Positions 40,131 through 52,840 of a stretch of DNA of 64,000 nt are shown here, in pieces. The notes under the pieces are model-generated. The model did not search any database. It saw only the letters and a program-made list of their open reading frames with translations, and was not told the DNA's origin. Numbering within the stretch: the stretch's first letter is position 1; each line of letters starts with the position of its first letter. Source of the stretch: the human T2T-CHM13v2.0 reference genome, Homo sapiens. Position numbers and translations under genes: made by a program. The stretch lies in the NCBI RefSeq assembly GCF_009914755.1, contig NC_060936.1; one strand, 5' to 3'.

Positions 40131-42394
40131 TTACAAAGAGCAATTGGTTGTCATGTTTCTTTCATCTCTTTTATGAACTCTTTTGTCTCCCTGTCTTTTT
40201 TGTGTTTTATTTTGAGTTTTATGATGTTAACATGTTTTAAAAGACAAAGACAGTTGTCTGGTAAAATGTCCTGTTGTCTAGATTCATCTAACTGTTGGTG
40301 TCCTCATAATTAGATTCAAATTAAACATTGCTAGCAAGTATACATTGCTTCTTTTCAGAAGGTGCATGATATTAGCTAGGCTAAGTTTAATCACTTGGCT
40401 AAGTTGGTGTTGACCAGACCTTTCCATTGTAAAGGTGCCTAATCCTCTTGATAACTAAGAAGGCACCTGTGGGGTAATCTTAGAGAGCATGTGCATGTTT
40501 TTTTCCCTGACAGTGATTCACCCAATGGTTTTAGCATCTATTTTTGATCCTTATATGAATCAATTATTAAGTTGCTGGTTGCAGTATGGTACTAACTTGA
40601 TTTCTAAAGTCATTTTACTGAAGAAAAATTCTCCTTTCCATCCCCATGTTCTGCTTGGGGAAAATCTTGGCCCCAAAGATGCATGACAGAAGGACTGATG
40701 AAAGTGAAACTTAAAAACAACTATCCAAACACACATTAACTATGAAGATGTTTGAAGGGTTTTCTTTTCCTTTCTAAGTAGGTATGCAGGAAACCTGTAT
40801 CTTAGAATGAGAGCCCTTTATTTTAGAGATTTGTACTTAAAATTATCTTTATTGATGCAGATGAGGGAAAACTAAATAAATTGCCATTCTGATTTTCTTT
40901 TGGACTGAGAGAATTCAGTACTAATGAGATGAATTTTCTTTCAGTGCCACAATCTGAAAAGCTATGATGTATACCATACCATTTGAAAATGTCTTAGAAG
41001 TAGTTCCTTATAAAGCATATTATATTGAAATCAAATGGGCATTAAAACCATGGAATTCCTTTGAAAGGTGGGATAAAGCAGAAATTGTTTTGTCTTGGTA
41101 CTTCTTGATCTAGGCTAATAATGCTTTGGAGGAATTTGTCCTGAGGCTTTTTACTCATTCTGCTCATGACTGGCTCACTTAGTGAGTGTTATCTGATGAA
41201 GATCTTATTTCACTTCTGAAAGTACAGCGTTATTCTGTTTGTTTGAGGTATTAGTAGGTAGCAGGAAAAGATTGACTCCAGGCATTGCAATATAAAACCC
41301 ACCCGTCCATCTTGAAATTGGTGGTGTCCTACATGCTATATAAGTTCTCCCACTTGCAATTTATAATGAGGAGACATATTTTTGAAGCAATTAACTGTTC
41401 CCTTTAAGTCAACAAAATTGTTCTTTATTATTGGAGTAAGGACTTTAGCACTCTGCAGGAAATCGTTTATAATTTGCTTCATTTTTCTTTTGTTTCATAA
41501 GAGGATTTTAGACAGTATTCTTGTGGCCAGTTAGACTTGGACCCATGCATCCTCTTGAGCCGTGAATTTGCTAGTCTCAATCTCCTGGGCTCAAGTGATC
41601 CTTGAGCCTTGGCCTCCCAAAGTGCTGAGATTATAGGCATGAGCCACCGTGCCTGGCTGATAACATATTTGAAACTATAATGAAGAGATACTGAGATTGT
41701 TTCCTATTTTAAAATACTTTGTCCTGCTTTCTAATATATAGCATGACAGTCAACCTCAAAGGGTATGGAAAGCTTACTTTATTGTAAAGACTTGCAAAGC
41801 GCACTGCTTAAATTTTAGGGACAGGTTCATACCTGCCAAGCAGGTTTATAAAACACTGATGAATAAACACAAGTTTGCCAGAAATCTTACTAAAGAACAG
41901 TGCATCTTATTCAGTGTAGACAGTCTTCTAAAGTATTTTGGTTGAGTTTTTCTTAGAGCTTAATAACTAGACTAAGGATTAAAATAATAAAACTAGTTTC
42001 AAGTCTCTTGAGAGTAAGATATGTCATCTTTCAGGCTTATCATAGTGTCTAGTCTAAAGCAACAGTAAGGCTCCAGGTATATTTGTTTGATTACATTTTC
42101 AATTTAGTTTCTAAATTCCTTTAGTCTTATTAGATTTCTCAATCGATAGGTTGCCATCTCACTTGATGTCTACTTGATGGCCATGTTCTCTTCTTGTCTG
42201 CCTCCCTTTTCATTCCTATTCTTGATCCTACTGACCAGTCACTTTTGACTTAAAGAATAGCAACTCTTTAAGCTGTTGTATTTGACTTTTTAAAAATTAT
42301 ATAGACAGGATGTATTAAAAACATTTAAAGAATTACATAAAGAGAGCTAGATTACTCAGTACTAAACACTGTGTTAGGATTCGGTTTTTCATTG

Positions 42395-42714
<320 letters not shown>

Positions 42715-44711
42715 TAAGACCTGGTGCTTGTCCTTGAGAGCTCACAGTCTACAGATAAAATAGATCTATAAAGAGAGCTGAAAAGTACAGGTCATGGCAA
42801 GAAGGTGGCAGGGCAGGGACTAGGGGACAGCTAAAGGAGGGTCATGATCCTTTACCTGAGGGATCAATATAGTCCCATAGAAACCCTAGAGCAGGATCTT
42901 TAAGGATGAGTTTCCCAGGCAGTCAGGGAATGCAGAGGGAATTCCCTATGGTTTTGTGTGTTGGCTGCAGTGAGGAGCAAGAGGGTCCCCTTGGGGAACT
43001 TGGTGAGTATAGATTTTAGAAAGGTTTGGGAGAAGGGCAACATGGCAGATGTCACTAGATGTGGTAGAAATGCCAAGTTTGGGAAGGAGGTGTATGGGTT
43101 GGATCTAGACAGAAGCGGATATAAGTCGGGGAACAGGTGTGGTGATAGGACTCCAAATCTTGGTGAAGTCAAAGAGCAGGCAAAGGTGGGAGAGTGTGTT
43201 CAACTGAGTTGTGGGTTGGGCAGGTGTCCTCAGGGAGGCGGACGAAGTGAGAGGCCTTGGGGTGTGACCTTGAGCATATATTCCTAAAAGGGCCCTATTT
43301 TTTATCTCCTCCCTCCTACTGTACTGTCTTTCCTGGGCCATATTCACCACACTGTCTTTCACCTGCATTTTTAACCAGTCAAGATCTCATACCTCCATTC
43401 CATACTAATTAAAGTCAGTTAAAGTCCTCCACCTTAAATAATCTCATTTGTAACCCAAAGAATCTCATACAGGAAACCTTTTACAACCAACCCCCCCATG
43501 CTGAATGGGTTATTTTTTTCATTAGAACTCAGCGTTTACTCACTATAGAGTATTATCACTCATACCCTTTATAATCATATGTTTGCCTGACCTTATGTCT
43601 TAAATAAGTTGCTTGAGCCTAAAGATTGGAGGTTTTTTTGTTTTTGTTTTTGTTTTTTTGGCAAGCTTGAAAAGTATCTGGCACTCCTATTTGTTAAATA
43701 TTTGTAGAAGGAAGGAAGAAGAGAGGAAGGAGAGGGATACGGAATTGAAATTGAGGAAAGGAAGGAATTTGAAACTGAAGAGTCATATGCTTTGCCACGT
43801 AAACTCTGAAGGTCACACAGGATGGTAGTGCCAGCAGAAGAAGAAGGACGTTGAGTGAACCTGTGGTTGAATGAGGAGGATGGTAGAGATGCTGGGGAGG
43901 TGAGAGTCAGGACAAGAAGGCTGAGGGCAGCCTTCCTCAAAGAAGTTGACATTTAGTGGAACGTTCAATGACAATTGCAAAGGAGTTTCAGAGGGCAGAA
44001 TGGAATGGGTTGGGAGAGGATTTGGTTAAGATTTGCTGAAAACCCTGAACTTTTGGTAAATACTGCTCTGTGTGGGAAATGTTTCAATGAGAATTGACTC
44101 TTAATTAACTCTCACTCTTGGATATCCCTTGAACAAGTTGTCTGGAGAGTTCCTCAGGATAATGTCTACTTGCAACAACAGTAATAATATTTATCAAGTG
44201 CTTGTGTTACCTCATAAACTCTCACACTAACCCTGTGAGGTATGTATTATTATCTTCCACTTCTTTTGAATGAAGACAGCTAGACTTAGAGTGGTTAAGA
44301 AGTGTTCACAGTCGTCACATTGCTCCTAAGTGGGCCACTACTACAGCCAAGGCAACACATGCTGGAACCTGTCAAGTACCCAGAGAATATCAGAACTGCT
44401 GTCCGATCTCCTGAAATTGAAATTAATTTCCTCAGTGACTCAATACCCACTGCCACTCACTCAAGCCCTGCAAGTTCAAGCCAAATCATCCTGCCACCAC
44501 AGGAATCTGATGGGTCACGCTGCTGCCTACTGAAAATGGGGATTTGGGTTAGTGATAAAATAGGTTAAAACACATAAAATAGGTAAACTAGGGTAAAATA
44601 CAGTAAGAATGGGTGAGAGGAGAGAAAAAGAATACTTCAGTTTAGGAAGCATAATACTACTTAAAATTTCCTGAGAATAAATTTGTCTTCTAGACAACAC
44701 ATATACTTTCT

Positions 44712-44739
44712 TTTCTTTTTTTAAATTTTTCTTTAATTT

Positions 44740-44782
<43 letters not shown>

Positions 44783-45070
44783 TTTGAGATAGAGTTTTGC
44801 TCTTTTGCCTAGGCTGGAGTGAAGTGGTGTGATCTCAGCTCACTGCAACTTCTGCCCCCAGGTTCAAGCGATTCTCCTGCCTCAGCCTCCTGGGTAGCTG
44901 GGATTATAGGCGCCCCCCACCACGCCAAGCTAATTTTTGTATTTTTAGTAGAGATGGGGTTTTGCCATGTTGGCCTGGCTGGTCTCAAACTCCTGATCTC
45001 AGGTGATCCACCTGCCTGCCGCAGCCTCCCAAAGCGCTGGGATTACAGGTGTGAGCCACTGCGCCTGGCC
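44712..45070 (-). mobile_element. AluSx-like with (TTTA)n tail
   Basis: TSD cacatat(a/g)ctt. Confidence 0.88.
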
Positions 45071-45136
45071 CACATATGCTTGAAATGTGAGTCAAGATGG
45101 TGTGCTGGGAGAGGAAGATGTGGGGTAACAAGAGCA

Positions 45137-45151
45137 TTTATTTTGTTTATT
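45137..45151 (-). terminator. Tandem polyadenylation signals of C12orf71
   Basis: Two AATAAA on the minus strand (tttatt at 45137-45142 and 45146-45151), about 85-100 nt after the stop. Confidence 0.75.
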
Positions 45152-45235
45152 GAGGAAAAAACAAACTGATGGGGATTATTAATGGAATCCTTATTATGGA
45201 TTATTTTAAACTTTCCAAAAAGTTTAAAAATCTGT

Positions 45236-45529
45236 CTATATGGGATGTCCTAATTCAAGGGTTTCTTGAGGTTGAATTCTCTTGCCTCTGTGAAAGAGTC
45301 TTTTCGTTGGTGCTGACCGATGGGGACTTTTGGTGGCATTCACAGGGTGATCCCTCCTCAGCAGAGAGGGGAGGATACGCTGCCTCAGCCAGCTGAAGGC
45401 CCACCCAAAGTTCAGGCAGCACTGGGCCTGTGTGTGTGAAGGAGTGTCATCCTTCTCTGGCTGCTCTGACAGGATTGAGGAGATCTCTGGAGCGCTTGTC
45501 CTTTGGCTGGCGGTTGCCTGGCTTATCAT
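45236..45529 (-). CDS. C12orf71: C12orf71 coding exon 2 (aa 173-269, MISQATASQ...LELGHPI*)
   Basis: Acceptor catccttcattttcatggcAG|ATG at 45530/45529; branch-like cctAAC with A at 45553; TAG at 45238-45236; in-frame join gives 269 aa; intron 46029-45530 = 500 nt. Confidence 0.92.
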   Translation of the reverse strand: MISQATASQRTSAPEISSILSEQPEKDDTPSHTQAQCCLNFGWAFSWLRQRILPSLLRRDHPVNATKSPHRSAPTKRLFHRGKRIQPQETLELGHPI

Positions 45530-46029
45530 CTGCCATGAAAATGAAGGATGTGTTAGGTAGGAATAACCATGACAACAGCCAAATCAACGTTTACTCATTT
45601 GTGGAACTCACATCCTTTTACCAAAAATAGCCCTAGTGTCAATGCAGAGTTTCAATGCTCATCAATACTAAACATATACGTTTTTGGTGGGGAGGGAGAT
45701 ATAGTTAGCCCTTCTCCTTGCTTGCTACCCTCTTGTTTCCCTCAGCATTCCCAGTCTTTTCCCTACAGCTTCACCCTGACTCCTTTCCTTGTTGTCTCCC
45801 ACTGGTATCACGTCAGTCCCCCTGGGACCTGCCTCCTCCTAGTGGTCATAAGATTCTGTGGTTCAACCCAGGCCTATCCCTTCCTGTCCTGTGAGGCATC
45901 TCTGCTCTCCTCAGCCAGCTCATGTCCCTTAAGCCTTAGAGGAGTCTGTGGAGACTACATAACATCTTTATTTTCTGGTGGCTTGCACTTGGGCAGGTCT
46001 TGACAAGCATCATATTCCTGATGACTGAC

Positions 46030-46545
46030 CTGAACCATTTCCGGAGGGGAGCCGCTGGATAGCTGGAAATCTTGCTGAGCAGTTTCAGGAAATACAGCGT
46101 CATCATCTTTCAGATTTTCTAGAAATATCTGAAACTCTTGCACAAGATTATTCAGTTTGCCAACAGACAGTTTTGTTCTCTCTTTTGGTAACTTGTCTAT
46201 CCACAGGTTGTCTCCATTTAGAAGCCTATTAGCTCTTGAGTCTGTGTTATCGGAGCCAATGTCCACGTCCCAGGCCAGGAAGATGCTTAGTTTGCAAAAC
46301 TGCTCTGGTTCATCCTGAATTTGGTCTTGTCTCTTCATGCGTCTCCCTATCCTTTCAGTCCCCCATGCCCCTTGGACGGGAGGCAGAAAGTGGATGGAAG
46401 GACCCTTGGAAGGTGCATCTTCCCAGGAGGTTGTGTCCTCACAGGGGGTGTCCTCACAGGGGAAATAGCCCACAGAGAGGCTCAGGTTGGAATTGGATTT
46501 GGAGCTGTCGTCCTCTATGTCGCTGTTAGAGGATGAATATGCCAT
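46030..46545 (-). CDS. C12orf71: C12orf71 coding exon 1 (aa 1-172, MAYSSSNSDIEDD...SPPEMVQ)
   Basis: ATG at 46545-46543 (tccATGG) in a non-repetitive ORF; ends at phase-0 donor CAG|GTCAGT (46030/46029). Protein recognised from recall as C12orf71 (DUF4640). Confidence 0.92.
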
Positions 46546-46582
46546 GGAGTTCAAAGGCACAAATTTCTCTCAACTTGAGAAG

Positions 46583-46607
46583 CTTCAAAAAAGAAAAAAG
46601 AAAAAAT
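46583..46607 (-). promoter_or_regulatory. Candidate splice acceptor in the C12orf71 5' UTR
   Basis: Minus strand tattttttcttttttcttttttgaAG|cttctc; an exon would start at 46582, 37 nt before the ATG. Confidence 0.5.
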
Positions 46608-46668
46608 AGGTGGGACTAAGGAGAAGAGAGTCATAGTACTTAAGCAAAAACATTATCCATTCCCTTCT

Positions 46669-46938
46669 CTTTTTTCTTTTTTTTTTTTTGAGACGAAGTC
46701 TCACTCTGTCTCCCAGGCTGGAATGCAGTGGTGTGATCTTGGCTCACTGCAACCTCAGCCTCCCGAGTAGCTGGGACTACAAGCACACGCCACCACACCT
46801 GGCTAATTTTTGTATTTTTAGTAGAGATGGGGTTTCACCATGTTGACCAGGCTGGTCTCGAACTCCTGACCTCAGGTGATCCACTCACCTTTGCCTCCAA
46901 AGTGCTGGGATTATAGGTGTGAGCCACCACACCCGGCC
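46669..46938 (-). mobile_element. AluS with an internal deletion
   Basis: caacctc|agcctccc join lacks about 30 nt of consensus. Confidence 0.85.
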
Positions 46939-46993
46939 CCGTTCCCTTTTCTATTCAGAACTACCCCATTTAGATAGAAGTATTATCCAATAG

Positions 46994-47298
46994 TTTTTGT
47001 TTGTTTTTGTTTTTTTTTTTGAGATGGAGCCTCGCTCTGTTGTCCAGGCTGGAGTTCAGTGGTGTGATGTCAGCTCACTGCAACCTCCGTCTCCTGGATT
47101 CAAGAGATTGTCTTGCCTCAGCCTCCCGGGTAGCTAGGACTACAGGCACATGCCACCATGCCCAGCTAATTTTTTGTATTTTTAGTAGAGAAGGGGTTTC
47201 ACCATGTTAGCCAGAAAGGTCTTGACCTGACCTCGTGATCTACCTGCCTCGGCCTCCCAAAGTGCTGGGATTACTGGCATGAGCCACCAGGCCTGGCC
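46994..47298 (-). mobile_element. AluSc-like
   Basis: Reverse Alu; TSD agt(a/g)ttatcca. Confidence 0.85.
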
Positions 47299-47995
47299 AG
47301 TGTTATCCAGTTTTTACAATCTCTCAGTGAAGGGCAGAAGAGGCAGCCCTCTCCCTTTTAAAACTTATTTCATTGTATTATAATCCTCTCTACTAAGCAT
47401 CTCCACTTCTCATCATTTGTCCTACTGTGGTTGTAAGATCTTGTATCATAAAAGAAAAGGATGATCATTGTATAAAATTGGAAAAATATAGGAAAGTATG
47501 AAGATGAAATAAATATGCTGTAGTCCTACCTTCTAAAGATAATGATAACTATCAAAACATTTTGATGGACTTCCTTATCTTTTCTATTTATATAAACACA
47601 CATATACATATCTGTACATTTATACAATATGTCCACATACACATATACATATATGTAAATGTGGATATGACATATAGTTGAAACTGAAATTATTTTATCC
47701 CATAGCCTACAACAAACATATATATGGTTACTCTGCAATTTTTAACCACTTCTTATTAATGCTAAATAAATCTGTAATAAACCCGCTTTTCCATAAATCT
47801 TTGACTATGTCTCTTATTTTTCTATATGTAGGATTAATGGACCAAACCCCATAAATATATTAAAGTCTTGTGGTAGTTGATACCAAATTACTTTCCAGAA
47901 GGTTTTGGTATTTAGATGCCCATCCTCCCACCGTCTGATGACACTGTTTAGTCCAGCTTTTTCTGTGAAGCCCCAGAGTAAGTAGGGCTGGAAGA

Positions 47996-48034
47996 ATGTG
48001 CACGTGCATGCACGCGTGCACGCGCGCACACACA
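47996..48034. repeat. 39-bp alternating purine/pyrimidine tract (Z-DNA-prone) containing E-box CACGTG
   Basis: atgtgcacgtgcatgcacgcgtgcacgcgcgcacacaca; CACGTG at 48001-48006 and again at 48085-48090. Confidence 0.7.
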
Positions 48035-48204
48035 GACACACACACACAAACAAAAGACTGTCACACCCTGCTCTGGTGGCTGCCCACGTGGAAGAAGTGC
48101 TGCTAACTCCTGAGGCAAAAAAAGGAGACACGAGAAATCCTTCACATCCCGAGTCTCCGTGGCTAAAAGTCCAGCTGTCAGAAGTCTGTGTTCTGAGACT
48201 GTTG

Positions 48205-48218
48205 GTTACCATGGCAAC
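48205..48218. promoter_or_regulatory. RFX X-box (GTTACCATGGCAAC), candidate C12orf71 promoter element
   Basis: Exact match to GTTRCCATGGYAAC in unique sequence about 1.66 kb upstream of the ATG. Confidence 0.6.
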
Positions 48219-48872
48219 AGAAAGAACCAAGTTAGAGCCAGGAATGTGGAAAGAGAAAAGGAAAAAAGGGGACAGAAAGCCACAGAATCTATCCCTTTGT
48301 TTCCAAAATATTCTATGCCCATACCATCCTAGGCTGAAGAGGATCCCTCTTGAGTGTAGAAGAACGAATGCATGGAGTTTACTTCTCTCTTGTCAGGTGG
48401 CAGATGGTTCCCGTCCTTAGGAGATTTAGAGCTCTAAATAAGGGGCATGGGTATAAACATACACATACATACACACACAGAGACATGCTTACAAATGGAA
48501 AGCAGAAAGCCAAGAAACACTTATCTGACCTACCTATTGGATTCATCAGTTTTCTTAAGATCTTTCCCCAATATTTGTCTCTCTCCATTTCCATTATACA
48601 AGATTACAGTTAAAGTTTGTCGTGACTCACTCTCAGGTTTTTCACTGTAGAACTGGCTTAAATTTGTATATTCTGTTAAATAAGATGTTTAAGGAATTCT
48701 GATGACATGATAGAAGAAATAGGCAGAGTTAGAGTTGGAAAGAAGCAGCTTCTACTACCCAACAGAGGCAGCCTGGCAGGTGCCCACAGACTGCTCACAA
48801 CTCCCCTGAGTGATTGTGGACCTGGATTAATCCTGGAAGGTGTTTAAGTCAGAAGCCACATGTTCCCTGGCA

Positions 48873-49365
<493 letters not shown>

Positions 49366-50192
49366 CCCTAGCAATTATTTAACACTTATTATATGCCAGG
49401 TCTTGTACTATAAGCACTTTACGTGTGTCATTTTTCAATCCTCACAGCAACTCAATCAGTTAAGTATCATCATATGCCCCATTCAATAGAAGGAAGAACC
49501 AAGGCATGAACGGTTATATAACTCTCTCTTTTCCCCAGTCATAAACCCAAGAACCTGGATTCAAACATAGGTAGTCTGGCTTCAGAGCCCATATCCTAAC
49601 CTCTACACACTCTTGTCTCAGGAGGCTGACCACCCATCTCCTCCCGGGAAGATTCCTGGAGGAGTTGCTCCAGGCCAAAATAAACCCATGTTCTGGTTCC
49701 TTGGAAGAAAATCCTGTGAGGGGAACAGCTTGTTCTAAGAGACTTGCAAGAGGTACATATGGTATACAGGACTGGCCTAGCAATGGTGTCCACATTTGGA
49801 GCAGGCTAAAATGAGATTTAAAATAAGTATTCAGCTTCCTCTTTGGCATAATGGGATCTGGAGTCCTTGCTCTGGCTTTTCATAAAAACTCAGTGACTGC
49901 CTTCCAGAACTCTGAGCACCTAGAAAAGAATTTATAAGTAGCTTCCTCTCCATGCAGCTAGAGTGGAGGTAGGGGGGTGGGTGGGCAGGGAACTATGTTT
50001 TGTCATTACTCACGGAAATGGAGCACTTTGAACTGAATATAAACATTTAAAGAAGAAATGATTTCCCAACCTATACCAGAAAAGTTTAGAGTGATCTTGA
50101 GGATAGAAGAGCTTCAAAGGGGGGCAACCTCAGAGAAAACTTGAAATTTTACTTATTTATACCATTTCTCTACAATATATTTGTAGAGATAT

Positions 50193-50556
50193 TGTATTAG
50201 TCTGTTCTCACACTGCTAATAAAGTCATACCGAAGACTGAGTTGTTTATAAGGAAAAAGAGATTTAATGGACTCACAGTTCCATGTGGCTGGAGAGGCCT
50301 CACAATCATGGCAGAAGGCAAAGGAGGAGCAAAGTCATGTCTTACATGGCAGCAGTCAAGAGAGAGAGCATGTACAGGGGAGCTCCCTTTTATAAAACTA
50401 TCAGATCTCATGAGACTTATTCACTATCATGAGAACAGCACAGGAAAGACCCACCCCCATGTTTCAATTACCTCCCACCAGCTCTCTCCCAAAACACTTG
50501 GGAATTATGGGAGCTACAATTTGAGATTTGGGTGGGGACACAACAAAACCATATCA
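50193..50556 (-). mobile_element. THE1 solo LTR
   Basis: TG...CA termini; TSD GATAT (50188-50192, 50557-50561). Confidence 0.9.
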
Positions 50557-51139
50557 GATATATTCTCTACAATCTGTGTGTGTGTGTGTGTACACAACTT
50601 TTAATACATACAACTCAGGTCGTCAAAGTGCTTGAAACACTTTTTTGCCATGATTAATCTCTTTTTTGCCAGAGAAAAATATATAATCATTTAGGTTTTT
50701 CTTTCTAAAGCATCATAGAAATAGCAATGACACACATCATTCTTAGGATGGTATGCTGAGGAATGTAGTCAATTCTAAATGATAACTTTGCTTTCACTTC
50801 CAAAAGAAGATCAGGGGATTTGGGAGTCCTCATTAACAATACAGCTCATGTTAATTTCTTTCTTAGGGCCTTTATTTGACTTGCAGGTCTAGCTTCTCTT
50901 GGATTACAATTATTACATTATCTAAGTAGTATAAACTGCCTTTTCTCTTGAAGCAAGATCAACTATAATAAAGATTCTTGAAGTTTTAGAAATGATAGTA
51001 TGTTGTGGATTTATAATGTTTTAGGCCTGAAGCCAATAATAACTAAGAATTGGAACACTTCCTAAGATCCATTTGACTTTATGGGATTTGGAACCTAAAT
51101 ATGCAGAGTAGGAAGTTTCTAATTTAGAAGTTAAGCTGT

Positions 51140-51675
51140 TGTGATGCATAATTTTATGTGTCAACTTGGCTAGGCCACGTGGTGCTTAAGTATTTGTTCA
51201 ACATTATTCTGGAGGTGTCCATGAGGGTATTTCTGTATGGACTAGTATTTGAATCAGTAGACCCAGGAAAGCAGATTGCTCTCCCCAGTGTGGGTGGACA
51301 TCATCCTATCCACTGAGGCCTGAGTAAAACAAAACACTGAGTAAAGGAGATTTTGCACAGTCCTTCCCTGCCCCTGGAATCAGACTGGCACTTACATTAT
51401 CAGCCCTCCTGCTTCTCAAGCCTTCAGACTCAGACTGGAATTATACCATTAGCTTTTCTGGGTCTCCAGCTTGCAGTTGGCAGATCTTGGGACTTCTCAG
51501 CCTACATAATTGCATGAGCGAATTCCTTAAAATCTCCCTCCTTTCTATTTCTTTCTCTTTCCCTCCCTCCCTCCCTCCCTTCCTTCCTTTTTCTTTCTTC
51601 CTTCTCCTTCCTTCCTTTCATCCATCCATTCATCTCCTATTGGTTTTGTATCTCTACAGAACCCAGAGTAATACA
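51140..51675 (+). mobile_element. MLT2 (ERVL) LTR
   Basis: aattttatgtgtcaacttggctaggcc...gaacccagagtaataca. Confidence 0.8.
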
Positions 51676-52204
51676 GCTATTTATTTATTTTTTATTGAAA
51701 TTATGAAATATTTTAAGCATACAAAAAAGAGACATCCTGAACCTGTGATGGAAGGCACTAACAGCAGAGCATCGTTTCCTTGGTATTCTTGCCAACAATG
51801 TGTAATCTCAACCTAATCATGAGAAAATATCTAACAAACGCCAATCGTGGGACATTTGGCAAAGTAACTGACAAGTGTCAAGTCAAGAAAGGCAAGGAAA
51901 GACTGAGGTACTGTCACAGACTGCAAGAGACTAAGGAGAACTAACCACTAAATGCAATGTGTGATTCTAGATAGGATTGTAGAATAAAAAAAGGACACTA
52001 GTGGAAAAATAGGAAATTCCAACCCATCTTTGTTTTAGTTAATCATGCTGTATCCGAGTTAATATCCTGGTGTGATCATTGTACTATGGTTGTGTAAGAT
52101 GTTAACATTAGGGGTGTAAGCTGAGAGGTATATGGATACTCTGTAATATGTTTGCAACTTCTCTGCAAGTCTAAAATTAGGTCACAATAAAAAGTTAAAA
52201 GAAG

Positions 52205-52502
<298 letters not shown>

Positions 52503-52800
52503 GATTGAAAGAAGAATACATTAACATACAGAAAATGACATGACAAATGCCTATGTACTTAAATCTCAGGTCAAGTCTTAGCATTTTGCCATATTTAATT
52601 CATTATATCTTTAAAAAGAAAACATAGATAAAACTTAAGCCCCCTTTTATTTCTTTCCTGAACCCCTTCTTTCCTGGCTTCCCTCATGAGCACTCTTCTG
52701 AATTTGATGTTAATCTCGTGCATGTTTAAATGCTGTTTTACATATTAGTGTATTCTTTTACCTTTGAGGACAAAAACTTATGTAAATTTGAAATAATACT

Positions 52801-52840
52801 TAGTATTACATACTAAGTATATACTTAGTATGTAATACTA
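52801..52840. repeat. Perfect 40-bp palindrome
   Basis: tagtattacatactaagtat|atacttagtatgtaatacta, no spacer. Confidence 0.95.

Noticed and set aside
45955-46560. 201-aa single-exon ORF as the gene product
   Set aside because: It starts at a GTG and reads through a good donor. The spliced 269-aa model has a canonical donor, branch point, acceptor and poly-A signals.
47814-48420. Overlapping 138-140 aa ORFs on both strands in the X-box island
   Set aside because: They run through the CA/GC microsatellite, use non-ATG starts and have no recognisable domain; more plausibly regulatory or UTR sequence.
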